A stretch of DNA of 64,000 nucleotides from Macrostomum lignano (lineage: Eukaryota). The stretch spans positions 49,548 to 113,547 of the forward strand of contig NIVC01004114.1 in the NCBI GenBank assembly GCA_002269645.1, written 5' to 3'. This document shows positions 24,741 through 38,002 of this stretch, piece by piece (position 1 is the first letter of the stretch; each line of letters opens with the position of its first letter). The translations under genes and the position numbers were made by a program. The notes under the pieces were generated by a model. The model ran no database searches. It worked only from the letters and a program-made list of their open reading frames with translations, and was not told where the DNA came from.

Positions 24741-25481
24741 CTAGGGCCTAGTCTTATCTTTACAAACTGCAAGAAATTTCTGTCTTACCTAATATCTAGG
24801 CCTAGCAAATATCAACTAGAAAAAAATTTCTTTTTTATACTTTTTATAGAGATAAATAGACCTGGGAATAGGATAGGGCAGGGCGGCTAGGCCTAGCTAT
24901 AGCCTAGGCCTATATAGATTTTATTAGGCCTAGGCCTAAAAAGAAGGTAGAGCACACTGTTGGTCGGAGTGCTATATTCTAAATCTCAAATATTATAGGC
25001 CTAAAGATATTTATTAGATCTACACATTGCCCGGCGCCGGCGTTCAAGAAATTGGCAGCCAAATTCAGACATACAATCAATAATCGCATCGCGCGTCGAG
25101 GTACACGCGCTTGAACGTAAACAATTTTATATAATTTAATACTTGCCTGCGATCCTAACTTATGTAGCTTATTTTGAAAAGTTTTATTATACTTTAAAAT
25201 AAATTCATAGTAATTTTTAACTTACCACTGTAACTTTAGCTTACATCTTATCGTTTTAAGAGCCATATTAAAAATTATTTGTTTGACTTAAGGCATGACT
25301 CGGGACGTAGTTTAATTTTAGAAGTGCCAGATGAAATTGTGCAATACACTCCTTCACTTCACTTTATGTTATTTAATTATCAACAGTAAAGCAACCGGCC
25401 GTTTTTGTTTACGTATTTAATATCAAATTAAAGTTTCTGACAGCCTTATTTTTAACTGCTTTTGACTGATTGTTAGTAACG

Positions 25482-28400
25482 ATGCCGAAGAATAAAGGTA
25501 TGATATGAATCTATTAATCCCATTTTCTACTCAAACTTTTATTAGGCCCCTAGGCAATCATTATCAATTACACTATCATTTTTTAATTCTAAATTTTGTC
25601 GGTCGGTAGTCATTCACTATTAATTTATTAGGTATTTGATTTTATCTCTTTGTTGTAAGTAATTTATGTTAAAATCGTTTTCCATTATTTATAATGTAGA
25701 ATGAAGTCTGGTTGTTTCGCCCCTAGCCTGTTTTAGCCATATTCTGTTTGCCCATAAACCAGTTTGTCTATAGGCGTTTTGGTCAAAATGGTGTTTATGC
25801 CATAGTCCAGAAGGTGGCCTTTACACCAGAAAATTCAGGCATATTTTTGCCATCACTGACAATCTTGGCATACTGCTGCATACACTTGGTGTATAGAATT
25901 TTCAGGTTCAGCATGAGGTGTACACAGTTGGCATACAAAAGATAAGCCAAGTTCAGGGCTAATGTAATTGTGTAGTTAAATATCAACTAAGAAAAAGTGT
26001 GTTTACAAAAATTGGGAACTAAAAAAACAAAAATATTAATGCAATTTACAAAAAGTAAAGATTAAAACAAAGCCAAATGATATTAGGCTTAGATTTTAGC
26101 AAAAAATACTCCTTGTAACATTTAGTACAATTGTTATGTTTTTTTAAAATATGTTCTTTAAAAAAATTGGCATATAAACAACTTTGAGCTTGGCGTAAAA
26201 ATTTTTTAGAGCCTAATTTTGTCAGTGTAAAATTAAAAAACCATAAATTTTTATATTGGCATATGCCTGCCATGATTCAGACTATAGTACTAGCAATCTT
26301 TGCCCCCCCCCATTGGGGGACATCTGTATAGAATCTCTATTCTCTACAAGTAACAGAAAAATAGCGAAGTAAAGCCTTCACAAAGAAAACAGACAAAATA
26401 CTCAAATGAAGTGCAATGCAAAAATAAATCATCCAAAGATAGCAAGCACCCCCTAGATAGCAAGCATCCCCCAGATTGCAAGCATCCCCCAGATAGCAAG
26501 CATCCCCCAGATAGCAAGCATCCCCCAGATAGCAAGCATCCCCCAGATAGCAAGCATCCCCCAGATAGCAAGCATCCCCAAGATAGATAGCATCCCCAAA
26601 TAGCAAGCATCCACCAGACGATCAGTAGCTAGTGCGACAATTTCCTTAGCATTATAGCGGCTCCTTTAAAATTTGCTTACTTTTACGTTTGAAATTGTGT
26701 ATCTTTTATGTTTAACAGGGTGGCTCTTTTATATTCTACATTGTGGCTCTTTTTTGTTCTACATGGTAACTCTTATGTTTGATATGGTGGCTTTTCAATG
26801 TCTGACATGGTGGCTCTTCTATGTTTGACAAAGTGGCTTTTTAATGTTTGACATGGTGGCTCTTTTATGTTCAACATGGTAGCTCATTTATGTTTGATAT
26901 AGTGGCTCTTTTATGTTCAACATGGTGGCTCTTTTATGTTCAATATTGCGCTTCTTTTATGTTTAGCAATTTTGTGTGCTTTTAAGGTGTTTTAATAAAA
27001 AAAATTTTGCACTAATAAGATTTGAACTTAGGTTGCTACATTAGCATTCCAGTCTGTTCACAGCTGGGCTATCTCTTTTTAATTGGAGAACATGAATTAT
27101 GGCCCTTATAATTCAATTCTTACAGCAAGTTGGTTAGAGTAAAAAGTTATGACATAATCAATTTCTCAGTCAGCCAGTATCAGTCCCAATTTAAGTTAGC
27201 AATATGGTTACGCAATTTTAATCAAGTCGGGTGTGCATTTCTTCGACACTGTTTTCAACTTGTTGTGATGCAATCTTTATCACAATTGGAATTCAGCCAG
27301 TCAGTTTTTTCTCTAGCATTCTTACAATGCATTTTAGGTTGAAAGTTCTGCTTGACCTTTGCAAAAAAGCATGTTTTTCAAATATTTAATGCCTTTAGCA
27401 TTGAGCAATTTCTTAGCCAAGATGCATGTACTGTCCCAGGAAAATTTCTGATCAAATGGTGCAAGTTTGAAGAAAATCAGTTGAGTTGTTTTTTCGGAAA
27501 TCTATCTTAAGTGCATGCCCATATATGCATAACCTTGGGAATCACTTGGCCATTTCTATTGGCAACACACATGTAAGTTGCTATTGGCTGAGAGTAGTCA
27601 CGTGACTACTATTCCATCTAATAGCAATTTACATATGTATGTTGCTAATAGAAACAGCTGGGTAAATCCTTAGGTTGCACCCAAATATGTGCATACCCAT
27701 TCTAAAATTCAAATATATTCCTTATTTGTATTGCAACAATAAATGACCTTTTTGAATTGCATCAAGGAACCTTTTGGCTAATAATATGGTTAATTTTTTG
27801 CTTTTTGTCAGTACTATTTATAGCAAAAAATGAAAACATGCAAATATTTGGTTAAATGCCTTGTTATAGTTTTTTAAATTATAAAACTTCGAATTTATAC
27901 TTTAAATGATCTTTTTTTCTATTTAACACAAACTTTTCTGCATGATTCTATAATATAAAGTGCATGCCAAATGTGTATGCATACTATTTTCTTAGAAGTG
28001 ATTCATGCCAACTATGCATAGTACTTTTGGCATGCAAAGCAAAACAATAAACATATAAAGTGCACATATATTTCTAGTAAACATAATAATTCACTTTAGT
28101 AAAGATTCTAATCACTTTGTCAATTGCCAACTTGTCAACTTGGCTATCTAAAAGGGTGTTATTCTGGCAGCCAAAGTGTATGCAACAGGCAGCACCAGTG
28201 CAGCCACACTGAAAACCCCCAACCTCTGTCTAGCTGAGGTGGGGTAGGTGCATACTAACCAAAAATTGTGTAATTTAGAATCTCTGAGTTAGCAACTAGA
28301 AATTATAGCATCTATTTTTTATCCATGCAAAGTTCATAGCACTTGTCCTAGATTATATAATTAAGTAGCTTTTTAATTCTAGTTGAAATTGCCACTGGCA

Positions 28401-30921
28401 TAGGATATTCTTGTTTGCTTGAAACAATGAAAAATTTCAAATTTAATTTAATTTAGCAAATTTATAAGGTGCAACTTGAAGGATTGGAAAGCCTCTAGCT
28501 AAAAGTTAAAGCTAATATCAATATGATACTTGTACTAGGATTTTTGTAGGCTGTCAATGACCTTGTAAAGCCCTAGAAATAAAATTAAATAGCTTGTATA
28601 AATCAGTCTAAAAACCAGAGTCATGACTAACAAAACAAGATTTATGCTCACTGGTTCAAGTTATATTCTACAAAATTATTATTATTACTTAAATAGTTGT
28701 ATATTTATGTATCACTTTGTAACAGTTGTAAAAATCATGAAACTAGTTTTTGTTAAATCTCTGCTACACCCAACTTCAAGGCAATAAAAATAAAACCCGA
28801 AAAATGGCCAGAAATAACCCAGTAAAAATTGGGCATAGAACCTTTGCTTCCAGGTGCTTATCTTATTTGCAGTTGTAGTTATAATAGAACAGTAATTACT
28901 ATACATGATTTTGAACTTATAATTGTGTAATTTAATCCTAATTAATCCCAGGAAAGGGAGGCAAGAATCGCCGGCGAGGTAAGAATGAAAACGAGTCGAT
29001 GAAGCGCGAACTGGTGTACAAGGAGGATGGTCAGGAGTATGGCAAAGTTGAGAAGATGCTCGGCAACGGCCGCTTAGAGGCCTATTGTTTCGATGGCGTG
29101 AAACGGCTGTGTCATATTCGCGGCAAACTGCGGAAGAAGGTATGGATTAATCAGGGCGATATTATCTTGGTGGGCCTGCGCGATTATCAGGACACCAAGG
29201 CCGATGTTATCATGAAGTACAACCCTGACGAGGTCCGGAATCTGAAGACCTATGGAGAGATTCCCGAGTCTGGTAAGTTGCTTAAATTTGTCACAATCAG
29301 TGCCACGTCAATGCCATGGTGCCGTAATGTCTCCGCTTTCAGTGCCACAATCTGTCACTTTCAGTTCAAATCTGTCACTTTCAGTGTCACAATCTGTCAC
29401 TTTCAGTGTCACAATCTGTCACTTCCACATTGAGTGCCACAATCTGTCACTTTCACAATCAGTGCCACAATCTGTCACTTTCACATTCAGTGCCACAATC
29501 TGTCACTTTCACATTCAGTGCCACAATCTGTCACTTTCACAATCAGTGCCACAATCTGTCACTTTCACATTCAGTGCCACAATCTGTCACTTTCACATTC
29601 AGTGCCACAATCTGTCACTTTCACAATCAGTGTCACAATCTGTCACTTTCACAATCTGCCACAATCTGTCACTTTCACAATCAGTGCCACAATCTGTCAC
29701 TTTCACATTCAGTGCCACAATCTGTCACTTTCACAATCAGTGCCACAATCTGTCACTTTCAGTTCAGTGCCACAATCTGTCACTTTCACAATCAGTGCCA
29801 CAATCTGTCACTTTCACATTCAGTGCCACAATCTGTCACTTTCACATTCAGTACCACAATCTGTCACTTTCACAGTCAGTGCCACAATCTGTCACTTTCA
29901 CATTCAGTGCCACAATCTGTCACTTTCACATTCAGTGCCACAATCTGTCACTTTCACAGTCAGTGCCAAAATCTGTCACTTTCACAATCAGTGCCACAAT
30001 CTGTCACTTTCACAGTCAGTGCCACAATCTGTCACTTTCACATTCAGTGCCACAATCTGTCACTTTCACAATCAGTGCCACAATCTGTCACTTTCACATT
30101 CAGTGTCACAATCTGTCACTTTCACAATCTGCCACAATCTGTCACTTTCACAATCAGTGCCACAATCTGTCACTTTCACAATCAGTGTCACAATCTGTCA
30201 CTTTCACAATCAGTGCCACAATCTGTCACTTTCACATTCAGTGTCACAATCTGTCACTTTCACAGTCAGTGCCACAATCTGTCACTTTCACATTCAGTGT
30301 CACAATCTGTCAGTTTCACAATCAGTGCCACAATCTGTCACTTTCACAATCAGTGCCACAATCTTTCACAATCAGTGCCACAATCTGTCACTTTCACAAT
30401 CAGTGCCACAATCTGTCACTTACACAATCAGTGTCACAATCTGTCACTTTCACAATCAGTGTCACAATCTGTCACTTTCACAATCAGTGCCACAATCTGT
30501 CACTTTCACAATCAGTGTCACAATCTGTCACTTTCACAATCAGTGTCACAATCTGTCACTTTCACAATCGGTGTCACAATCTGTCACTTTCACATTCAGT
30601 GCCACAATCTGTCACTTTCACAATCGGTGTCACAATATGTCAAAGAACTACAATAAAATTTGGTGGCCTTCTCAGCCAGGCAGGCTTTATTATTATTGCT
30701 TTGTTCTACATTTACTAAAATTTCCATAGCTTTCTACTATCAGTAGACTGGCGCTCATCAATTCCAATTAAACCTCCCATCCTGCGCCAGTGAAAATCGA
30801 GGAGGACGCGGACATTGCATTCGATCACACTGCCGTCTTCCCTGACGACGCCGGCGACTCAGCAGAATCGGACAGTGAAACTGACAAATCCGAGAGCGAA
30901 GAGGATATTGACGACATTTGA
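25482..30921 (+). CDS. eIF1A: Eukaryotic translation initiation factor 1A; exons 25482-25497, 28952-29272, 30791-30921 (155 aa)
   Basis: MPKNK|[82 protein letters not shown], then an acidic tail ending EEDIDDI*. All splice sites are GT-AG and in frame. Confidence 0.97.
25799..26288. mobile_element. Older, CpG-eroded relative of the 24122-24740 MITE in eIF1A intron 1
   Basis: Ends CCATAGTCCAGAAGGTGGCC and ...CAGACTATAG; GGCGTAC motifs of the young copy appear here as GGCATAC. Confidence 0.6.
26291..27098. mobile_element. Dispersed minisatellite-bearing element (Helitron-like?) with internal 18-bp (CCAGATAGCAAGCATCCC)n and about 23-bp arrays
   Basis: Shares both ends and the GATAGCAAGCATCC array with 34470-35363. 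Confidence 0.65.
27510..27700. repeat. Long imperfect palindrome centred on GTAGTCACGTGACTAC (centre of an old MITE)
   Basis: Arms TTTCTATT(G/A)GCAACA...CATGTAA(G/A)TTGCTATT are inverted about 27600. Confidence 0.6.
29290..30640. repeat. 28-bp minisatellite (TCAGTGCCACAATCTGTCACTTTCACAA)n filling eIF1A intron 2
   Basis: Tandem repeat; the 416-488 aa ORFs here are artefacts of a stop-free unit. Confidence 0.97.
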
Positions 30922-31674
30922 AAGTAACAGCCGAAGTCAACGTTTAAGGCTTGTTTAAGCTTGTCGCGCGGAATTCTGAATCCACATTTTGCAGTGCGGC
31001 TCTGAGCGTCTGTCCTCTGTGGAGAACTTGTTGTTCTGTTCTTGCTGCTTAAATTAAATATTATTATTATAAATATTACAGACTCTAAAGGTAAAAGTTT
31101 AGATTTGAAGGACGTATTCTATCTACTTACTGATAGTAGGGCAATGAGGATGAGTAGTGTATAATTTACTACTGAAATCTGCATTGTATATATAGTGCAG
31201 TGAAGCGAAATTTTTATTCCGATTCAGCTTTCCTGATATGAGAGACAGTCTAGAAGTGCGCTTGTACCAACAAAGGGTTTAAACAGGTATTATTACTAGC
31301 TGTTATAAGCAGTGCATTGCGTCTGAATATTTTCTGTTTTTTTGCCACTAACTGTAATTTAAATGCGAGCATAAATAAAATATACAGAAACGAAAACGAA
31401 AAGGCCGAAATGAGTGAAATAAAAAAATTTTGCGATTCTCTGCGTAGCTCTGTGTAGTGCGCGATGAAAATCCAGTTTGTTGTTGCTGTTTTTTGTTCAT
31501 TTAGCACAGGCGTCGCCAAACTTGTCCTTTCCCTCATCTCTTCTCTCTTCGCTCTCCCCGATCTGTTTTCTTCTCTCACATCCCAACTCTCGCATCTCGC
31601 AAACAATTTTTGCAGTCGCAGAACTGCAAAAATGACCTGCGGTAGAGGGTAGCACTTTTTACTGTTGTTGAGTG

Positions 31675-32135
31675 CAAATGCTGGGCCAGCCTCCCAGATC
31701 CTCAGTTGCTGGGCCAGCCTCCCAGATCATCAGTTGCTGGGCCAGCCTCCCAGATCCTCAGTTGCTGGGCCAGCCTCCCAGATCATCAGTTGCTGGGCCA
31801 GCCTCCCAGATCCTCAGTTGCTGGGCCCGCCTCCCAGATCATCAGTTGCTGGGCCAGCCTCCCAGATCCTCAGTTGCCGGGCCAGCCTCCCAGATCATCA
31901 GTTGCTGGGCCAGCCTCCCAGATCCTCAGTTGCTGGGCCAGCCTCCCAGATCCCCAGTTGCTGGGCCAGCCTCCCAGATCCCCAGTTGCTGGGCCAGCCT
32001 CCCAGATCCTCAGTTGCTGGGCCAGCATCCCAGATCCTCAGTTGCTGGGCCAGCATCCCAGATCCCCAGTTGCTGGGCCAGCATCCCAGATCCCCAGTTG
32101 CTGGGCCAGCCCCTCAGATCCCCAGTTGCTGGGCC
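31675..32135. repeat. 28-bp minisatellite (GTTGCTGGGCCAGCCTCCCAGATCCTCA)n
   Basis: Direct tandem repeat. Confidence 0.96.
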
Positions 32136-32330
32136 TCCAAGATCAGCAGAAAAAATTGAATGCTAGCATTTCCATAGATTTAATTATACATTAACATGTA
32201 TATGAAGTGTTTTTATTTCTCGAAGAGTCGGCTCATTAATTCTAATATAATAGCGGCCCACAAAGGGCAACTTAAAGCCCAGAACCGATTCCTTGACGAG
32301 TTTCACTTCGTGTTGTGCCATTTCAATTCA

Positions 32331-35300
32331 TCAATTGCTTTGGATGGTCATCTCTTCGATTTTTCGGATGCGATCGCGCGCACGCTCTACAGGCAGCCTT
32401 CGATGGCCTCCAGCATGGCTGAAATGACGGGTGTTGGATTTGAAAATTTTTTTCAGGACTTTTCCCACAGCGGGCCTCCTATCCGCTAACACGCTCGTAT
32501 TGTCTACAGGCATCGAATGGAGCATATTACATGTACATGTAGATATCGGGTGGGTCAAATTACATGTAGGTGTCCAATTGGGTCAAATTAAGTATCAGAT
32601 GGGTCAAATTAGAAGTCAGATGAGGCAATTAGGTGTCGGATGGGCAAATTAGGTGTTGGATGGGTTGAAAATTAGGTGTCGGATGGGTTGAAATTAGGTG
32701 TCGGATGGGTTGAAATTAGGTGTCGGATGGGTCAATTTAGGTGTCGGATGGGTCAAATTAGGTGGCGGATGGGTCAAATTAGATGTCAGATGTGTCAAAT
32801 TGGGTGTCCGATGTGTCAAATTAGGTGTCAGATGAGGCAAATTAGGTGTCAGATGGGTCAAATTAGGTGTCGGATGGGTCAAATTAGGTGGCGGATGGGT
32901 CAAATTAGATGTCAGATGTGTCAAATTGGGTGTCAGATGTGTCAAATTAGGTGTCAGATGAGGCAAATTAGGTGTCAGATGGGTCAAATTAGGTGTCGGA
33001 TGGGTCAAACTAGGTTTCTAATAGGTCAAACTATAGGTGTCAGATGGGTCAAATTAGGTGTCGGATGGGTCAAATTAGGTGTCGGGTGGGTTGCAAATTA
33101 GGGTGTCGGATGGGTCAAATTAGGTGTCGATAACTGCACTATCAAGACTGCCGACTGACCATCCAGTCCAGCCGGTTGGTACTGGCGCCGCCTCAGCTCT
33201 TCAATCCGCTGTTTCCCTGACTCATCGTCCTTGGCCAGCCGGGCTGCAATGGTCTCAGCCGCTTTGCGGCACAGCACCTGGTCTAGGAGGGGTTTGCCAC
33301 CGTCCTCCTCTGCTGACGATGTCGACTTGTCGCCGTCTTGGTCATCAGTGTCTGGCAGTCGGCTCACCCGCGGCTCGCCCAGCGATGGAGCTTCGTCGTT
33401 GACATTGCCGTTCGAGGAAGAAGTCGAGTCTTCGCCTTTGCCTTTGGCGTTAGGGAATTCTACGTTGAAGCGAACCTGGAGAGGTGTACATAGGGATGGG
33501 TGTGATGGGAGATGGGATGATGGAAGATGGGGTGATGGGAGATGGGGTGATGGGAGATGGGGTGATGGGAGATGGGGTTATGGGAGATGGGGTGATGGGA
33601 GATGAAGTGATGAGAGATGGGGTGATGGGAGATGGGGTGATGGGAGATGGGGTTATGGGAGATGGGGTGATGGGAGATGAAGTGATGGGAGATGAGGTGA
33701 TGGGAGATGGGTGATGGGAGATGGGGTGATGGGAGATAGGGTGATGGGAGATGGGGTGATGGGAGATGAAGTGATGGGAGATGGGGTGGTGGGAGATGGG
33801 GTGATGGGAGATGAGGTGAATGGGGCGACGGGCGATAGAGTGATGGGATTTGGGTGTTAGTAAAAATCGGATTCTCGATTGTGGCAGAGCAATCAGATTG
33901 ATAGAAAACGTAACAGATAAAGGATCAAGGATATAATATTCGAATTCTCACCTTCCGTCCCTCGAGCTCCAACATCCGGTCGAGCACTGCATCCAGGTAT
34001 TCCCTGATCGGTCCCCCAGAACCCAGTTTCTCGCCGTATGCCTTCAACCGATCAGTGAGGCTGTCAGTGTCTTTCGATTTTCCTTCGCTCTCAGATAGAA
34101 AACTGTTTAACTCTTTTAGGGCATCGGTAATGAGCTGTGCGGCTTTACTGTTGGAATAATCGAACTCGGCCTCATCATGTTGACCTGTGAGGGTTGGCAG
34201 GACCAGCTCTTTTGCTGGGCCTTTCAACAGACGGGCAGCCAGTCTGAGTGCGGAATTTTGATTCAGCTTTCGCTTGCTCAGCTCGGCCAGTATGCGGGAC
34301 AGAGTGTCCAGGTCTGCCAGCTGCTCCCTGATGTACATCTCAATGGGAGCGGAGGCCTCTGTTAGAACTGCCTGCACGTGCTCCAGGTACTCCTGCGGCG
34401 AATCGGGTGTTTAAGGAAAAATATTTTGGAAGGGCATTTGAGGAGCAACTTGAAGATGAATTTTAGAGCTAGCAATCTAATGCCCCCCCCCTTTCGGGGC
34501 GCCCAATATGCAAAAATTATTCACGCAAATCCATTTAAAAGCACATTTTCTTAAGAACCGATGCCTTCTTCACTTTTATAAATCATCTATTTCGAGTAAA
34601 ATTGTCATGGACAAAGATGTTTGCTATGAATCTCTTTTTTATAAAAGTCACAGAAGTACACAATAAAATTAGCCTTCACAAAAATAGAAGGCATTCCCCC
34701 AGATAGCAAGCATCCACCCAGATAGCAAGCATCCACCCAGATAGCAAGCATTCATCCAAATAGCAAGCATCCCCCAGATAGCAAGCATCCACCCAGATAG
34801 CAAGCATTCATCCAAATAGCAAGCATCCACCCAGATAGCAAGCATTCATCCAGATAGCAAGCATTATCCAGGTAGCAAACATCATCTAGATAGCAAGCAT
34901 CACCCAGATAGCAAGCATCCATCCAGATAGCAAGCATCCACCCAGATAGCAAGCATCCATCCAGATAGCAAGCATCCACCAAGATAGCAAGCATCCATCC
35001 AGATAGCAAGCATCCATCCAGATAGCAAGCATCCACCAAGATAGCAAGCATCCACCAAGATAGCAAGCATCCACCAAGATAGCAAGCATCCACCAAGATA
35101 GCAAGCATCCATCCAGATAGCAAGCATCCACCAAGATAGCAAGCATCATCCAGATAGCAAGCATCCACCAAGATAGCAAGCATCCCTGGATAGAAAGAAT
35201 CCGTAGATAGCTAGCAACCCCCTCTCAGATAGCAAGTACCTTCCACCCCCTCCCAAGAGCAAGCATCCCCAGACAGCAAGTAGCTAGTGCAAAAATTGCA

Positions 35301-35837
35301 GGTTGCATCTAGTCCAGTCTGTTCGCATCTAGGCTATCTCTTGTCTATTGGAGAACATGAATTGGAAATCAGAGGAGACAATCGGAGGGAATCAGAGGAG
35401 ACAATCGGAGGGAATCAGAGGAGACAATCGCAGGGAATCAGAGGAGACAATCGGAGGGAATCAGACGGGGGAATTGGTTGAAGATGTTCACTTGCAATTA
35501 ACGAGTGTGAGAGAGTGGTCAGAGTGGATGCATGCAGATGAATATTCTTTAAACTACAAGCGGCAGTGCCAGTGCAACAGCTCCGATTCACCTGAGCAGC
35601 CTCCGCATAGCCATCTTGACTGGTGCCGCCAGCTCCGAGCCCGTCGCCGCTTCTCAGCGCGCTGGCGATGGCGTCTCTGATGACATTGGCGTCCAGCTTG
35701 AACCCCGCGTCCTCGGCTGCACCGCCGCTGCCGTCAGCTGCCGCGTCGAATGAACAATAACAACAGTTCCGGTGTCCGAGGAGAGCTACTGTTAGTAGCA
35801 TTGGAAACAGATTTGCCGACAATTTTATCCAGTACAT
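32331..35837 (-). CDS. Four-exon putative secreted protein (about 391 aa); exons 35837-35592, 34392-33952, 33475-33160, 32503-32331
   Basis: GC-rich open exons bounded by GT-AG sites (CAG|GTGAAT, GCCGCAG|GAG, AAG|GTGAGA, CTCCAG|GTT, G|GTCAGT, CTGTAG|AC) with matching phases 0,0,1. Hydrophobic N-terminus [21 protein letters not shown]. No domain recognised. Confidence 0.7.
32545..33128. repeat. 21-bp minisatellite (GGTCAAATTAGGTGTCGGATG)n, intronic
   Basis: Tandem repeat. Confidence 0.95.
33495..33815. repeat. 15-bp minisatellite (GATGGGGTGATGGGA)n, intronic
   Basis: Tandem repeat. Confidence 0.95.
34470..35363. mobile_element. Second copy of the minisatellite-bearing dispersed element, with an expanded (AGATAGCAAGCATCCACC)n array
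   Basis: Terminal homology to 26291-27098 and 5400-5478. Confidence 0.65.
35365..35465. repeat. 23-bp minisatellite (GGAATCAGAGGAGACAATCGGAG) x about 4
   Basis: Tandem repeat. Confidence 0.9.
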
Positions 35838-35914
35838 GTTGATTCCAGATTTGCTGATGCAGCTGCGTTCCGATGGGTAAAAATAGCGACAGTACGATTG
35901 ATTGACAATACGAA

Positions 35915-36470
<556 letters not shown>

Positions 36471-37144
36471 AAAAAGACAAACTACGGAAGACACTTTCAC
36501 GCCATGACAAAGCCGTACTACGAGTACGTCAGTTTGAAGAGATCAGTCAGGCAAAGAAACATACACACCTACAGTCAGGAGTCTGCACGGCTGACATAGA
36601 AATTACGGTTAATTACGTTTTTTAGCGCCTGACAGATGACAGATCCAGCTGTATAAGTCTGCAGTCCTAACACAGTCAACTACAATACATGTACACTGGC
36701 GAGGTCCTCAGTAGTTATGGCCTGATCGTGTGTGTGAGGCCAGCACTGTCCACTGCTGCAGAACACGCGTGATATATTTAACGTTCAGACCCACAGTATA
36801 CTCCAAATCCACGTGTAGCCTGTAAAAACATACAGGTGACGATGTTCCCACAGCTCCAAGTCGTATTTTTAATATAGGCTTTGTGAGGTTTAAAAATTTC
36901 ACAAAATGTTAGCTATTCTTGGAGCTTATTAGGCTAATTTACAGCCGGAGTCATAATAATGGTTACTTTAACAATAAAATGGCCGATCGCCTACGTACCG
37001 AGCTTCTTTCAGGTGCAGCTCCGGATCTATATGCTTGAGTTGGGTACTTTTACTTTTACACTGCAACATTAAGCCGACTTTGACTGGTAAAATTTGTCAT
37101 CTTCAAGCCAATGCACTTTTCATTGTTGTGTAAGCCGCATCTCA

Positions 37145-37465
37145 GAGTTGTTGTATCTGTGAGCTGGTGTGCTGTATCTGTGAGCTGGTGTGCTGTATCT
37201 GTGAGCTGGTGTGCTGTATCTGTGAGCTGGTGTGCTGCATCTGTGAGCTGGTGTGCTGCATCTGTGAGCTGGTGTGCTGCATCTGTGAGCTGGTGCGCTG
37301 CATCTGTGAGCTGGTGTGCTGCATCTGTCATCTGTTGTGCTGTATCTGTGAGCGAGTCATCTGTTGTGCTGTATCTGTGAGCAAGTCATCTGTTGTGCTG
37401 TATCTGTGAGCGAGTCATCTGTTGTGCTGTATCTGTGAGCGAGTCATCTGTTGTGCTGTATCTGT
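37145..37465. repeat. 21-bp/27-bp minisatellite (GAGCTGGTGTGCTGCATCTGT)n
   Basis: Tandem repeat. Confidence 0.93.
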
Positions 37466-38002
37466 GAACGTCATTTTAGGTGTTTGCCAACCTGGGACTG
37501 GGACGCTTGAATGATCGCGTTTGGTTTTTAACTCTACTGTACGTAAATTTCACTCTTGCAATGCAGGAACAGTTTGGAGCCGGTTTCTCCAGGCAGTTTC
37601 CCATGTTAGTAATTCATAGAGGCTTCCTTCTTCATCAGTAGTCGCAGATCCAGCTTCCTGGGCTTAATTTTTGGCTTTTAAAGTCGCTCAAACGAAGCAT
37701 CAATCATTTTCTCCATAAGTTGTTATCAAGTCAAAGCTTTGAGGCGTTAAAGACTTCTTTAAGAGTTGAGAGCTTCCTTCAAATTAGTTGCCAACGGTGA
37801 TAATAACAACAAATCTTTCTGTCATCGTCAATCTTCAGTCTCAATAAAAGCATTTTTACCAAGGCGCATTAATAATTTATTGGCTCAGTAATCGCCTTCA
37901 GGGCAGTAAAGGTCGATTTAATGCGCAGTTGGGATTTCCCATGTCAAATTGAACCCTAAATAGATCTTACCTGACTGAGTCTGACAGGCAACATCACTAG
38001 CC

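Noticed and set aside
29252-30729. Three 416-488 aa ORFs
   Set aside because: They arise from a stop-free 28-bp unit inside eIF1A intron 2 and are open in all frames.
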